Shown: piece after piece, positions 1 through 11,056 of the stretch | Numbering within the stretch: position 1 is the stretch's first letter | How the letters are laid out: each line of letters opens with the position of its first letter | NCBI GenBank assembly: GCA_964247715.1 | Contig: CAXTVJ010000005.1 | Location: 42,819-106,818 of the forward strand | Direction of reading: 5' to 3' | Length of the DNA stretch: 64,000 nt | From: an uncultured Acidobacteriaceae bacterium | GTDB lineage: Bacteria; Acidobacteriota; Terriglobia; Terriglobales; Acidobacteriaceae | Translations under genes and position numbers: made by a program | Notes under the pieces: model-generated | Databases searched by the model: none | What the model saw: only the letters and a program-made list of their open reading frames with translations | What the model was told of the DNA's origin: nothing

Positions 1-55
1 CAGTCGAAAGCCCTCTGAGGCGGTCCGACAAGAGCACCCGGTCTTGTCCACGCGA

Positions 56-1405
56 CTAAGATCTTCTCTTCCTGTCTTCCTCGTGACAGACGAGAATCGT
101 CATGTCGTCTCCCTGGGGAGAGCCAGCGGTGAATGACTCGAGCTCCCCCAGGATGCTGTTCACGATTTCTTCGGGAGCCTGACTTGCGGACAAGAGGCAG
201 CGCCGGACAGTCGCTTCGAGGGCCATTTCTCCCCACTCGAGTCCGTGCGCGCTGTTTGCCTCCGTGACGCCATCCGTGTAGGCGACGAGAAGGTCTCCGT
301 CAGCCACGGCCATTGTTGCGGATTCGTAGACGGCATGCTGCAGCAGTCCGGTCACGGTGCCGCCGATGCTGAGACGGTTCGACGACCCGTCCGCATGAAA
401 GAAGAGAGGCGGGTTATGGCCGGCGTTGACGTAAGTAAGCGTGCGACCTGGCACGTCCCAGGTGAAGAGGAAGAGCGTGGCGTAACGGCTCGACGAGGAC
501 GCGGCATAGAGCAGGGCATTCAGGCGAGTCACGAGTGTGGTCAGGGAGAGCCCGGGCGCGAGTGTAAGGGCGTGCAGCGAGGCACGCAGCGAAGCCATCA
601 ACAAGGCTGCGGGCACCCCTTTCCCGGAAACGTCGGCGATCACGCCGTAAACGAGTCCGTCCGGGGTGGAGAAGAGGTCATAGTAGTCGCCGCCGATCTG
701 TCCGGCACTGCGATATGCGGCGGCCGCATGCAGGCCGGGGATGAGAGGCAGCTGCGGAGGCAGAAGGCGTTCCTGTACCTCTCGGGCGAGCTCGAGTTCG
801 CGGAGTGTGCGTGCGCCTTCAACGGCCTGTTCGCTGATGGAGCTGACCATTCTGGCGACCTCAAGACCTCGCCCCATCTGCGGGCCGAGATCTCTGAGGA
901 AGCGCAGCTCGGCGCGGGTGAACGGGAGGCCGCGGTCGCGGGCGAGTACGGCGAAACCCATCAGTCCGGTCCGGCCTTCGAGCGGGAGGAGAAGCTGCGC
1001 ATGGAGCGCGGTGAGCGTTTCCAGCTCGCAGGGGTCCGCGAGCAATTGCCAGCCATCAGGCTGTGCATTGGCGGTGCCCGGGGCAACGAAGACGGCGGGG
1101 CTGCGATCGCGCCGCATGCGGAGGACCGTGGAGCAGCTTGCCGGGAATGTGAATCCTTCGCTTGCCTCGGAGTTCTTCAGCACATACCCTGCGGCCTCGC
1201 GCACGAAGATGTTGAAGGACTGAAGGCCGAGGCCGGCGCAGACGTGGTCGGGAAGCTGCGTCAGCAGATCGTCGAGCGACTGGGTCCGCGCGGAGAGGTA
1301 GAGAAGTTCGTCGAAGGTGGCTTTGGGCGGCTTTGCCGGGGACCGGAGTACCTGTCTTACGAGTGTGTCGAGGTGAGCCGCGATGGAGAAGAACGATGTC
1401 GTCAT
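56..1405 (-). CDS. GAF + PP2C/SpoIIE (RsbU-like) Ser/Thr phosphatase
   Basis: Motifs ELELAREVQERLLP, IGGDYYD, IADVSGKGVPAAL, YVNAGHNPP, YTDGVTE, DDMT. ATG at 1405 overlaps the kinase stop (ATGA). Confidence 0.9.
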   Translation of the reverse strand: MTTSFFSIAAHLDTLVRQVLRSPAKPPKATFDELLYLSARTQSLDDLLTQLPDHVCAGLGLQSFNIFVREAAGYVLKNSEASEGFTFPASCSTVLRMRRDRSPAVFVAPGTANAQPDGWQLLADPCELETLTALHAQLLLPLEGRTGLMGFAVLARDRGLPFTRAELRFLRDLGPQMGRGLEVARMVSSISEQAVEGARTLRELELAREVQERLLPPQLPLIPGLHAAAAYRSAGQIGGDYYDLFSTPDGLVYGVIADVSGKGVPAALLMASLRASLHALTLAPGLSLTTLVTRLNALLYAASSSSRYATLFLFTWDVPGRTLTYVNAGHNPPLFFHADGSSNRLSIGGTVTGLLQHAVYESATMAVADGDLLVAYTDGVTEANSAHGLEWGEMALEATVRRCLLSASQAPEEIVNSILGELESFTAGSPQGDDMTILVCHEEDRKRRS

Positions 1406-2880
1406 GATGGATCTCTCAGCTCCTCCTCGTACAGCGAGTCCGGGCTGGACCGGCCGCGACGCGGCAGGGTGAGGCAGGCGATGCATCCGCGGCGCTCCGC
1501 AGGGGAGAGCAGCGTGACGGTGCCGCCGTGCGCTGCCGCAATTTGACGCGAGAGCACGAGACCGATGCCGGAACCTTTCGGCTTGGTGGTGTAGAAGGGG
1601 ACGAAGAGGTTGCCGGCATTGTGGATGCCGGGGCCGTTGTCCTCGATGGTGCAGCACACCTCCGCGAGGGTGGCGGTCCAGGAGAGGACGACTGCGGGGA
1701 CGTGGCCGGGAGTGGCTGCGTCCGGGCTGAGCGCGGCGTCCACGGCATTCTGCAGCAGGTTAATGAGCGCCTGCTGGAGCTGGTCGGGATCGCAGAGGAT
1801 GGCTACCTCAGGGCCTGGGATGACGGAGACCGGAAGGCGTGCCTCGAGTCGGGCGGTGCGTTGCACGATGTCCGCCATGCGTTCGAGTGTGAGAGTGGGT
1901 GGCGGCAGGTGGGTGAGGCGCTGATAGGCCTGCAGGAAGCGGTTGAGCGAGGCGGCACGCTCTTCGATCACCGAGAGCCCGCGCTCAAAGTCGTCGCGGT
2001 CTTCTCCGGCAAGCGCGGTGGTGCGGGTGCGCAGGCTGCCCGCGATGGAGTGGATAGGCGTGAGTGAGTTGTTGATCTCATGCGAGAGCACGCGGATGAG
2101 GCGCTGCCACGCGAGGCGCTCCTCTTCGCGGAGCACGGCGGCGACATCGGAGAGGACCAGCAGGGTGTGGGGCACGCCGTGCAGACGGAAGGTGGCGCAG
2201 CGGACCGACCAGCGAGGTGTGCGGTTGTTCAGCGGCTCGGAAGAGGCACTGGCCGGCGGATAGGTACCTTCGTCGGGCAGGGCGAGCAGGGAATCGAGCT
2301 CGAGCTCCGAGGCGCTGCGGCCGATGGGTTCGGGCGGCCCGAGTCTGAAAGCGTTCTGGGCGGCGGGGTTCAGCAGTCGGAGCCGCCGGGTGTCGTCGAA
2401 GGCGAGCACGGGCGAGTGCATGGAGGTGAGGATCCGCTCGAGCAGGCTGAGCGCGTCCTGGGCGGCCGCGCGCCGGGTCTGGAGAGTGGCGCTGAGGCTG
2501 TTGATTTCGAGCGCGAGATCGCCGACCGTGTCGCCGCGCAGGGCACCGCGTGCCCGGAAGCTGTAGTCCTCTTCGCGGATGGCGGCGACAATGTTGGTGA
2601 GGGTCTGCAGAGGACGGATGAGCTGGTTGTAGAAGGTTTCGGCGGCAGCTGCGTAGAGAGCCGCCAGCAAGACGATCAGCCCGGCCGTGTGTGCATCCGA
2701 CCCCGTATCGCGGTGAAGCAGGATGGCTGTTGGAACGAGGCTGGCCAGGGTGGCGACGGCCAGCCAGAGCCGGATGCGCCGCTCAAAGCTGAGCATTCTG
2801 TGACGGCGGGCGAGGGGAACCGCAGTGAGCGCCGGCGACTCCGCTTTACGGCGTCTGGAAGGGGCCGGCCTAGAGGGCAT
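1402..2880 (-). CDS. Sensor histidine kinase (TM-HAMP-PAS-HisKA-HATPase)
   Basis: H-box LSHEINNSLTPI, N-box NLLQNA, DNGPG, F-box LFVPFYTTK, GSGIGL. Start may be ~2796 instead. Confidence 0.92.
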   Translation of the reverse strand: MPSRPAPSRRRKAESPALTAVPLARRHRMLSFERRIRLWLAVATLASLVPTAILLHRDTGSDAHTAGLIVLLAALYAAAAETFYNQLIRPLQTLTNIVAAIREEDYSFRARGALRGDTVGDLALEINSLSATLQTRRAAAQDALSLLERILTSMHSPVLAFDDTRRLRLLNPAAQNAFRLGPPEPIGRSASELELDSLLALPDEGTYPPASASSEPLNNRTPRWSVRCATFRLHGVPHTLLVLSDVAAVLREEERLAWQRLIRVLSHEINNSLTPIHSIAGSLRTRTTALAGEDRDDFERGLSVIEERAASLNRFLQAYQRLTHLPPPTLTLERMADIVQRTARLEARLPVSVIPGPEVAILCDPDQLQQALINLLQNAVDAALSPDAATPGHVPAVVLSWTATLAEVCCTIEDNGPGIHNAGNLFVPFYTTKPKGSGIGLVLSRQIAAAHGGTVTLLSPAERRGCIACLTLPRRGRSSPDSLYEEELRDPS

Positions 2881-4258
2881 ACTTCTCCATGCGGCGGTAG
2901 AGCGCGCCGCGCGAGAGGCCGAGTGCCTCTGCTGCCTGGGATACGTTGCCGCTCGAGCGCGCCAGCGCTTTGCGGATCAGCATGGCTTCGACGGCTTCGA
3001 GCGAGAGCTCGCTGAGCATCTGCTCGGGGTCGGTGCGGGGAGGGACCTGCGGCAGGAGACCGAGGTCGGCGGGTTCGAGCAGGGGGGAGCGGGCCATCAG
3101 CACCGCGCGTTCCATGGTGTGATCGAGTTCGCGGACATTGCCGGGCCAGGGATGCGCGAGGAGCATCTGGAGGGTTGCGGGATCGAAGCCGGTGGCTGGT
3201 TTGCGATAGCGCGCGGCATACCGCGCGAGGAAGTGCGCGGCGAGCAGCGGGATATCTTCGCGGCGCTCACGCAGCGCGGGGATGTGGATCTCGACGGTAT
3301 TGAGGCGGAAGAGGAGATCTTCGCGGAAGCGAGCGGACGCGGCCTCGGCGCGCAGGTCGGCGTTGGTGGCGGAGAGCACGCGGACATCGACTTTTCGGGT
3401 TTGCGAGGAGCCGACGCGTTCGAGTTCTCCGGTTTCGAGTACGCGCAGGAGCTTGGCCTGCTGGCGGAGCGGGACGTTGGCGATCTCATCGAGAAAGAGG
3501 GTGCCGCCGGAGGCGAGCTCGAAACGTCCCATGCGGTCGGCGCGGGCGTCGGTATAGGCGCCTTTGACGTGACCGAAGAGCTCGGACTCAAACGTGCCTT
3601 CAGGCAGGGCGCCGGTGTTGACGGCGACCAGGCTGTGCTGCGCGCGCAGCGAGAGGCGGTGAAGCGTTTGCGCGACGACCTCCTTGCCGGTGCCGTGTTC
3701 GCCGGTGATGAGGATGTTGGCGTCGGAGGGACCGATGCGCGCCATGAGGTCGATGACGGGGCGCATGGCCGGGGCTTCAGCGATGAACTCCGGGGCGCCC
3801 TCTGCTCGGAGGATGCGGTTCTCGGCTTCGAGGCGGGTGGTGCGCTGCTGCAGCCGGAAGAGCTCGATCTGGGTGCGAAGGATGCTGAGCAGGCGGGCGT
3901 TCTCCCAGGGCTTTCGCACGAAGTCGCTGGCGCCGCGGCGCATGGCATCGACGGCGAGATCGATATTGGCCCATGCGGTCATCACGACGATGGGCAGGAA
4001 GCTGTGACGAAGGCGTATGGCGGAGATGAGGTCGAGGCCTTCGCGGCCGGAGGTGGTGTCGCGGGTGTAGTTGAGGTCGGCGAGGACGCCGTCGAAGTCG
4101 TCGGAGGCCAGCCGCTCGATCACTTCCGCGGGGCTGGAGGCGAAGTCGACCTGATAGCCCTCGGGCTTGAGCAGAAGACGCAGCGCCTCGAGGATGTCAG
4201 GCTGGTCGTCCGCGATGAGCAGGCGAGGTTTCTCCGAGTTGGAGGCGGCGTGGAGCAT
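2870..4258 (-). CDS. Sigma-54-dependent NtrC-family response regulator
   Basis: Receiver LIADD, Walker [24 protein letters not shown] (GAFTGA variant), WPGNVREL, C-terminal Fis HTH. Confidence 0.95.
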   Translation of the reverse strand: MLHAASNSEKPRLLIADDQPDILEALRLLLKPEGYQVDFASSPAEVIERLASDDFDGVLADLNYTRDTTSGREGLDLISAIRLRHSFLPIVVMTAWANIDLAVDAMRRGASDFVRKPWENARLLSILRTQIELFRLQQRTTRLEAENRILRAEGAPEFIAEAPAMRPVIDLMARIGPSDANILITGEHGTGKEVVAQTLHRLSLRAQHSLVAVNTGALPEGTFESELFGHVKGAYTDARADRMGRFELASGGTLFLDEIANVPLRQQAKLLRVLETGELERVGSSQTRKVDVRVLSATNADLRAEAASARFREDLLFRLNTVEIHIPALRERREDIPLLAAHFLARYAARYRKPATGFDPATLQMLLAHPWPGNVRELDHTMERAVLMARSPLLEPADLGLLPQVPPRTDPEQMLSELSLEAVEAMLIRKALARSSGNVSQAAEALGLSRGALYRRMEKYAL

Positions 4259-4334
4259 CGCGCTGGTTCTCAGATGATAGGGGAGGAGTGGCTGGCCGGA
4301 GCGGGATGTTTGTGCAGCCGCGGCTCGCGCGTGT

Positions 4335-6359
4335 TTACGGCTGTGCGCCGTCGCGGGCCGCGTCGATGGAGATGTTGTTGGAGGTGAGGGTCTGGCCGGT
4401 GGCGCGGTCCAGTTCGACACGGGCCTTTTGATAGGCGGTGCGGGCGGCGACGAGGGCGGATTCGGCGGTGGCGAGATCGTGCCGTGCGACGAGGGTCTGG
4501 AGCGCGGAGCCAGCGCCGAGCGACTGTTCCCTGCCGGTGATGGTGAAGGTGCGCTGTTCGAGATCGCGGCTCTTCTCGGCGGCGGCGACGCGGGCCTGGC
4601 TCTGCACGAGTGCGTACTGGGCGTTGCGGACCTCGATCCGGATCTGCTTGCGCAGTTGCTGGAGGTGGAGCTCGGCCTGGCGCGATTCGAGCTCGGAGCG
4701 GATCTGGTCGGATTTGGCGACGCGGTTGCGAATGGGGATGTTTACGTTGACGCCGACATAGTAGTTGGGCGCACTGTTGTTGAAGGTATTGGTGAGGGCG
4801 CCGCCGAAGCCGGTGGGCACGGTGGACGGCATGTTGGCGGCAGGATTGTCCGAGCCGGCGAGCCCGGTGCCTCCGTAGTAGCCGACCAGATCGACCTGGG
4901 GCAGGAGATCGTTGCGCAGGGCGTCGCGGCTGATCTTGCGGTTCTTAAGATCGATGCCGGATTCAGCGAGTTCGAGACGGTGGGCGAGTGCCTGCCGGGC
5001 CAGATCTTCGCTGGCGGCCGGTGTCTGCGGGGAGGTCTGGCCTGTTTGATTGTCTGAGGACGAAGATGCCGTGGGATCGATGTTGACCGTGGAGAGGTCG
5101 ATGGGGCGGACGGGCATGGCTTCGAGGACAGGGTCGTCGAGGTTCTTGGTGAGGGCGTTCTTGATCAGGAGCGACTGGAACTGGAGCTGGGAACGGGCGA
5201 TGGTGAGATCCTGCTCGCGGTTGGCCACTTCAGCTTCATCTTTAACGACGTCCAGCGCGGGAATGGCCTGAAGCTGAAGCTGTTTGCGACCGGATTCGAG
5301 GGTCTGCCGGGCGAAATCGAGCGAGTCGGTCTTGACGCGTTGGTCTTCATACGCGGCCACGAGGTCCCAGTAGATGTTCGCGATCTGGGTGACGGTGGAG
5401 ATGACCTGGAGCTCAAAGGCGTCGTCGGAGATCTTCTGGTTGTTGCGGGCGATGTGCAGGTAGCGCAGGTTGGGTCCGAGACCGAAGCCGGAGAGCAGAT
5501 GCTGACGGACGAGCGCCTGAAACGAGCCGTCGAGCTCCGGGGTGAGGAAGGTGAAGGGGCTGTTCGAGGTGACGCGGTCGGAGTTGAAGCCGACGCTGAT
5601 GCTGGTGCCGGTGCCGAAGGCCTGGGTGTAATCGAGCGTGCCGGCGAAGTCGCCGGTGTGCAGCGTGGGGACGCCGTAGGTGGCCTCGTTCGAGAGCGGC
5701 GTGATGCTGTTCTGGTAGCCGAGGGTGCCGGAGATATCGGGGTCGTAGGAGGCGACGAGGGAGCCTCCGCCGAGGGTGGACTGGACGAGGCCGGAGGCCC
5801 CGGCTCCGGCTCCTCCCTGGCCGCCGGAGGTGCCGCCCGCTCCGGCTCCCGTGGATCCTGTGCCGAAGCCGCCGATGCCGCCACCGGGCGTGTTTTGAAC
5901 GACGCCGGTGTTGACGCCGAGGAAGCTGCCGCCGGCCTGGGTGCGAAGCACGTCGGCCTTGGCGATGGGGATGTTGTAGCGGGCGATGGCGAGATCGAGA
6001 TTGTTCTCGAGGGCGAGCGCCACGGCGTCCTTGAGGGAGATTGCCAGGACGCCGTCATGGATGAGCGAATCGAGCCGAGGAGAGTTGGCGAGGTCGGGCG
6101 GAGGAACGTGGTCGGCGCGGTAGGCGCTCAGCGGATTGCGCGAGTGGGGCAGATCGAGCGAGACGCCGGGAGCGGCTTTGGCGGCGGCCGCGGCGACACT
6201 CGCCGGAGCCTGCGGTGCAGCCTGCGGTGTGGTTTGGGGTATGGGCGCGGCAGGCAGACCGGATGCGGGAGTTTGCGCGCGCAGGATGTTGGCGGACGCG
6301 GAGAAGAGCGCCGTGAGCGCGACGGTGGTCACGAGTTGAAAGACTGGCTTCATGAGCAT
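4335..6359 (-). CDS. TolC-family outer-membrane efflux protein with Gly-rich insert
   Basis: Signal peptide, LKDAVALALENNLDL, two OEP-like repeats, C-terminal ELDRATG. Confidence 0.88.
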   Translation of the reverse strand: MLMKPVFQLVTTVALTALFSASANILRAQTPASGLPAAPIPQTTPQAAPQAPASVAAAAAKAAPGVSLDLPHSRNPLSAYRADHVPPPDLANSPRLDSLIHDGVLAISLKDAVALALENNLDLAIARYNIPIAKADVLRTQAGGSFLGVNTGVVQNTPGGGIGGFGTGSTGAGAGGTSGGQGGAGAGASGLVQSTLGGGSLVASYDPDISGTLGYQNSITPLSNEATYGVPTLHTGDFAGTLDYTQAFGTGTSISVGFNSDRVTSNSPFTFLTPELDGSFQALVRQHLLSGFGLGPNLRYLHIARNNQKISDDAFELQVISTVTQIANIYWDLVAAYEDQRVKTDSLDFARQTLESGRKQLQLQAIPALDVVKDEAEVANREQDLTIARSQLQFQSLLIKNALTKNLDDPVLEAMPVRPIDLSTVNIDPTASSSSDNQTGQTSPQTPAASEDLARQALAHRLELAESGIDLKNRKISRDALRNDLLPQVDLVGYYGGTGLAGSDNPAANMPSTVPTGFGGALTNTFNNSAPNYYVGVNVNIPIRNRVAKSDQIRSELESRQAELHLQQLRKQIRIEVRNAQYALVQSQARVAAAEKSRDLEQRTFTITGREQSLGAGSALQTLVARHDLATAESALVAARTAYQKARVELDRATGQTLTSNNISIDAARDGAQP

Positions 6360-6394
6360 TCGACCTTGAGCGAGGTTGCGGAAAGAGAGTGGGC

Positions 6395-6417
6395 AACGGC
6401 TTCGCCGCGAAGCCGTT
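6395..6417. other. Intergenic hairpin between permease and TolC genes
   Basis: AACGGCTTCG-ccg-CGAAGCCGTT, perfect 10-bp stem, no clear U-tract. Confidence 0.55.
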
Positions 6418-6447
6418 CCTGTTGGTGTCGGAGTACGGAAGCCGCGC

Positions 6448-8961
6448 TCAGTCCACGCGCAGGGCCCGCATGGGGCTGGTGTTGGCGGCGCGACGCGCCG
6501 GGATGACGGCTGAGATGAAGGCGACGGCCGCGATCACACCGACGACGGCAAGCAGGACGGCGGGGTCTGCGGCGGAGACTCCGAAGAGTTGGGAGCGGAT
6601 AAGAATACTGAGGGCCCAGGCCACCGGGATGGCGACGATCACGCCCAGCGCGGCGAGGCGCAGGACATCGGTGAGGATGAGCGAGGAGACGGCGAGGCGG
6701 GTGCTTCCAAGCGCCATGCGAATGCCGATCTCACGGGTTCGCTGCGCGGTGGAGTAGGCCAGGACGCCGTACAGTCCGATGCCGGCGAGGATGGTGGCGA
6801 GCAGACCGAACGCAATGGCGAGCAGCGTGATCATGCGGTCGTTCTGCAGGTCGAGATCGATCTGCTGGTCCATGGTGGTGAAGGTGCCGACCGGAAGCGT
6901 GGGATCGATGTGGCGCATGGCATTCTGCACCTCCTGAGTGGCCGCCGCGGGCGGAAGAGAGGTGCGCAGATAGACAAAGATCTGCGAGACTTCAGGACTC
7001 TGCTTCAGCGAACGCAGGATGACGGCGGGGATCTCTCCGCGAATGCCATCCACGCGAAAGTCGCGGAAGATGCCGACGATCTCCATCTCGACTTTGTCGG
7101 GACCCTGGAGGCCGTAGCTGATGTGGCGGCCAAGGCAGGAGGCGTTTGAGCCGTTGCAGAAGTGCTTGACGAAGACTTCATTGACCAGCGTCACCCCGGG
7201 GTGACCGAGCAAATCGCTTTCAGAGAGATCGCGGCCGGCGACGAGCGGGATCTTCATCGCACTCAGAAAATTGGGTGTGATGACGGAGTTCTGCACCTGA
7301 TACGGATCGTCCACCGGACGCTGGTAGCCACTGACCTCGATGCCGTAGCGATTGCCTTGGGGCGAAAGCAACTGCTCATCCGAAGCGGAGACGGATTGAA
7401 TGCCGGGGAGCGGGGTTAGACCGTCGAGGACGCGCTGCTGCACGATTGGTGTCTGGGCCGCGGAGTAGCCTGCGACCTGCGGGTCGATGTTGAACGAGAG
7501 CAGATGCGACGTCGCGAATCCCACGTTGACGGCGCGAAGCTGCTGCATGGTGCGGATGAAGAGGCCGGCACCTACGAGCAGGATGACGCTGAGGCCGATC
7601 TGCAGGCAGACGACCAGACGGCGAAGCAGCAGCAGCCCGCCGGCCCCGGTGCCGGTCGATTCTCGCAGGGTCGAGGTGAGATCGGGGCGGCGCAGCTGCA
7701 GCGCGGGTACAAGTGAGAAGCAGAGGCTGACGCCGATGGCGACGGCGAAGTTGAAGAAGAGGACGCGGTGGTCGAGGTCGCCCGTGTAAGGAGACTGACC
7801 GGTCTCATCGGCCAGACGGCTGATGAGCAGACGGATCGCGAAAGGAGCGAGCAAGACGCCGACAAAGCCGCCGCCGATGCCGATCAGCACGCCTTCGAGG
7901 AGAAGCTGCGAGAGGACCCGGCCGGACGAGGCACCGAGCGCTGCGCGCAGGGAGAACTCGCGCACGCGTCCGGCGGCGCGGACCATGAGCAGGCTGGCGA
8001 CGTTGACCGAGGCGATCAGCAGCACGAGCAATGCCATGGCCATCACGGCGAGAAAGGGCTTCTGCAGCGCGTCACGGTTGAACGAGAAGCCGCGCGCTCC
8101 GGACTGGATGAGCAGCTGCGAATCCATGAAACCTTTGGTGAAGCGGGCACTCTTTGTGCCGAGCAGGCTTAGGTCGCTGGCCCGCAGCGCGTGCCAGAGG
8201 GGCGCATTTTCCCTAACCGCCTGCGCGGCGCTGACACCGGGCTTCAGCCGGCCGAGAATGCTGAGCCAGCGAGCCTTATGGTCGGTGTAGTTATAGGTGC
8301 TTTGGGGCATGGCCTGGGTGGTCATGCAGATGGGAAGCCAGATCCCGGTCTCCTGACCCCAGACCGCGCTGTGGAAGCCGGAGGCAGCGACGCCGACAAT
8401 CTGAAAGGGATGGCCGCTGATGTTGAGGGTAGAACCAACCGCGGAGGGATCGGACCCGAGCTTGTCGCGCCAGAAATTGTACGAGACGACGGCGACCGGA
8501 CTGGCGCCTGGCTGGACATCGTCGGAGGGCTGCAGCGTGCGACCGAGGGCGGGGAGCACGCCGACGGTCTGGAAGTAGGATCCGCTGACTGCTTCGGCCG
8601 TGACGAACTCGGCGGTTCCGTTGCGGCTGAATCCTACGTTGTTGGTGACGACGGCGGCGAGACCGGTGAAGTCGTGACCGTGATCGCGAAGCTCCACGAA
8701 GTTCGGGTAGGTGAAGTAGGACTCCTGATCGCCTCCGCTCATGGCGATCGATCCACTCCAGAAGCCATTATTCTTCAGCACGACAAGCGAGGCAGGGTCA
8801 TGCACCGGCAGCGAACGCAGAAGCGCCTGGTCGAGCAGTGAAAAGATGGCGGTGTTGGCGCCGATGCCCAGCGCCAGCGTCAGGATCGCGGTCACGGCGA
8901 AGCCCGGGTTGCGGCGGAGCTGACGGAGAGCGAAGCGGAGATCGTTCCAGGCGTTGTACAT
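6448..8961 (-). CDS. ABC transporter permease, ADOP/MacB-FtsX duplicated type
   Basis: N-terminus DLRFALRQLRRNPGFAVTAILTLALGIGANTAIFS; two FtsX units (RVREFSLRAALGA, RTREIGIRMALG). Confidence 0.95.
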   Translation of the reverse strand: MYNAWNDLRFALRQLRRNPGFAVTAILTLALGIGANTAIFSLLDQALLRSLPVHDPASLVVLKNNGFWSGSIAMSGGDQESYFTYPNFVELRDHGHDFTGLAAVVTNNVGFSRNGTAEFVTAEAVSGSYFQTVGVLPALGRTLQPSDDVQPGASPVAVVSYNFWRDKLGSDPSAVGSTLNISGHPFQIVGVAASGFHSAVWGQETGIWLPICMTTQAMPQSTYNYTDHKARWLSILGRLKPGVSAAQAVRENAPLWHALRASDLSLLGTKSARFTKGFMDSQLLIQSGARGFSFNRDALQKPFLAVMAMALLVLLIASVNVASLLMVRAAGRVREFSLRAALGASSGRVLSQLLLEGVLIGIGGGFVGVLLAPFAIRLLISRLADETGQSPYTGDLDHRVLFFNFAVAIGVSLCFSLVPALQLRRPDLTSTLRESTGTGAGGLLLLRRLVVCLQIGLSVILLVGAGLFIRTMQQLRAVNVGFATSHLLSFNIDPQVAGYSAAQTPIVQQRVLDGLTPLPGIQSVSASDEQLLSPQGNRYGIEVSGYQRPVDDPYQVQNSVITPNFLSAMKIPLVAGRDLSESDLLGHPGVTLVNEVFVKHFCNGSNASCLGRHISYGLQGPDKVEMEIVGIFRDFRVDGIRGEIPAVILRSLKQSPEVSQIFVYLRTSLPPAAATQEVQNAMRHIDPTLPVGTFTTMDQQIDLDLQNDRMITLLAIAFGLLATILAGIGLYGVLAYSTAQRTREIGIRMALGSTRLAVSSLILTDVLRLAALGVIVAIPVAWALSILIRSQLFGVSAADPAVLLAVVGVIAAVAFISAVIPARRAANTSPMRALRVD

Positions 8962-8972
8962 CGAGAGCTCCT

Positions 8973-9725
8973 TCAGGCAAGCCGGGTGTGAGTGGTGACG
9001 GTGGATGGATTGTGGACGGGATCGGCAATCAGATACGGCAGTTCGCCCTCGGCGACGACCTTGCCGTCGAAGAGATGAACCTGACGTTGCGCATGCGCGG
9101 CGAAACGAACGTCGTGCGTGACCATGCAGATGGTGGAGCCTTCGTCGTGCAGTTCCGCCAGCAGCTGCATGACGGCTTCGCCATTCTTCGAGTCGAGGTT
9201 GCCGGTTGGTTCATCGGCCAGCAGAATGGATGGTGCGCCGGCGAGGGCGCGGGCGACAGCTACGCGCTGCTGCTGACCGCCGGAAAGCTGGGCGGGATAA
9301 TGCCGCATGCGATGCGCCATGCCCACCCGCTCGAGGGCCTGCTCTACGCGTGCTTTGCGCTCACTGGCGGGCATGCCCGCCCGGTAAGTCAGCGGCAGTT
9401 CGACGTTTTCGAAGACGCTCAGATCGCCGATGAGGTTGAAGCTCTGGAAGATAAACCCGATCTCCTGGTTGCGGATGCGGGAACGCTCGGCGAAGCTGAG
9501 GTTCGCGACCGGCTTGCCGTTGAGCGTATAGCTGCCGCCGGTGGGCGTATCGAGCAGGCCGAGGATGGAGAGCAGCGTGGATTTTCCGCAGCCCGAAGGC
9601 CCGGACATGGCGATGTACTCACCGCGCGCGATGGTGAGATGAATGCCGGAGAGCGCGTGCGTTTCAATCTCGTCGGTGAAAAAGACCTTGGTAAGTGCGT
9701 CGATTTGAATGAGAGGGGCGGACAT
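8973..9725 (-). CDS. ABC transporter ATP-binding protein (LolD/MacB-like)
   Basis: [28 protein letters not shown]. Start set to MSAPLIQI. Confidence 0.95.
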   Translation of the reverse strand: MSAPLIQIDALTKVFFTDEIETHALSGIHLTIARGEYIAMSGPSGCGKSTLLSILGLLDTPTGGSYTLNGKPVANLSFAERSRIRNQEIGFIFQSFNLIGDLSVFENVELPLTYRAGMPASERKARVEQALERVGMAHRMRHYPAQLSGGQQQRVAVARALAGAPSILLADEPTGNLDSKNGEAVMQLLAELHDEGSTICMVTHDVRFAAHAQRQVHLFDGKVVAEGELPYLIADPVHNPSTVTTHTRLA

Positions 9726-9783
9726 GCGGTGGGCTCCTTGAACATGACGATGCGTTTGGCCGGGGGTGGTTCCCGGGCTGGTT

Positions 9784-11043
9784 CTACTGCTGGAGGCGAA
9801 CCCTTTCGGCAGAGTCCCAGCGGGACAGGTCGGAGAGGATGACGGTGTCGCCGGGGTTGAGCCCGGAGAGAATCTGGATGGAGTTGGTGGACGCGCGACC
9901 CACCTGGACCGAGACGCGGCTGGCGGTCTTGCCGTCCGGGTCGAGACGGAAGAGCGAGATGGTGGAGTTCTCGGTTCCGACGGCGGGACGTCCCACAGAG
10001 AGCACGTTCTGAAGTCGATCGAGGTCGATCGTGCCGTCGATCGAGAGATCGGGGCGCGCGCCCTGGGGAAGAGCGCCCTCGAGCTCGACATCGACGGTGA
10101 CGGTGCCGTTGAGGACCGCGGGATCGATGCGCATCACCTTGCCGGCGACGATGCCGTTGTGGGTGTCGATCTCGGCAGGCTGACCGATCAGGAGGTCGCG
10201 CGCCTGGGTCTCGGGAATCTTGAGCGAGGCTTTCAGCTGGTCGGGCTGCACAACCTTGGCGAGCGTGGCGCCTATGTCGACATGCTCGCCGACCTGATGA
10301 TCGAGGGAGACGAGCACGCCGGAGATGCCGGCGCGGACGGAGAGCGCGGCGGCCTGCTTCTGCTTGAGCGCGAGGATGGCGCGCGCCTGGTCTACCTTCG
10401 CCTGCTGCACAGCCATCTCGGTGGAGATGGTCTGAGAGTTGAGCGACAACCGCTGATGTTCGAGGTCGTTACGTTCTTTAAGCTCGTCGGCCTTGCCTTT
10501 GGAGGCGGAGTACGACAGACCGGAGATGACGCCAAGGTCGTAAAGGCTCTTGTCGGTCTCGGACTGGAGCGCGGCCTGCTTCTGATCCGCGGAGACGGTA
10601 GCGGCACCTGCGCGCTGGGTCATGAGGTCGCCCTGCAGATGCGCATGCACGTTCTGCAGGTCCGCCAGCGAGGCCTTCAGCTGCAGCTGCGCATCGAGGA
10701 GCTCCTGCTCCAGCTGCGGGTCGACGAGGTCCATCAGCACGGTGTCGGGAGTCACGTTTGCGCCGGGAAGCACGCGGATGCGGAGAACGGTCGCCTCGGT
10801 CTCGGCAGGGATAAGACGAATGCGATCCTCCCGCGGGACCAGGGTTCCGGGCCCGCGCACCTGGCGGACGAGTTCGCCGCGCTTGACGACGTCGGTAAAG
10901 ACCGGGCCATCGAGAGCCGGGATCGCGGGTTGCAGCCGAGCAAGGTAGAAGGCCGCAAAGCCTGCAGCAGCGACGACCACCAGTGCCGAAAGGAGGAGAC
11001 GGCGACGTTTCTTCTGTTTCAGGTCCGGGCGCGAGATATCCAT
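9784..11043 (-). CDS. HlyD/MacA-type periplasmic adaptor (membrane fusion protein)
   Basis: N-terminal TM after KQKKRRR, VKRGELVRQVRGPGTL, coiled coil, GLNPGDTVILSD. Confidence 0.92.
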   Translation of the reverse strand: MDISRPDLKQKKRRRLLLSALVVVAAAGFAAFYLARLQPAIPALDGPVFTDVVKRGELVRQVRGPGTLVPREDRIRLIPAETEATVLRIRVLPGANVTPDTVLMDLVDPQLEQELLDAQLQLKASLADLQNVHAHLQGDLMTQRAGAATVSADQKQAALQSETDKSLYDLGVISGLSYSASKGKADELKERNDLEHQRLSLNSQTISTEMAVQQAKVDQARAILALKQKQAAALSVRAGISGVLVSLDHQVGEHVDIGATLAKVVQPDQLKASLKIPETQARDLLIGQPAEIDTHNGIVAGKVMRIDPAVLNGTVTVDVELEGALPQGARPDLSIDGTIDLDRLQNVLSVGRPAVGTENSTISLFRLDPDGKTASRVSVQVGRASTNSIQILSGLNPGDTVILSDLSRWDSAERVRLQQ

Positions 11044-11056
11044 CGCCACACAGGGA

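Noticed and set aside
5770-5890. Gly-rich repeats in TolC as a tandem-repeat locus
   Set aside because: Low-complexity coding linker without exact nucleotide periodicity.
6394-6419. GGAAC-N16-CGTT as a fourth ECF promoter before tolC
   Set aside because: The spacer is 1 nt shorter than in the other three sites and the match arises from the palindromic hairpin.
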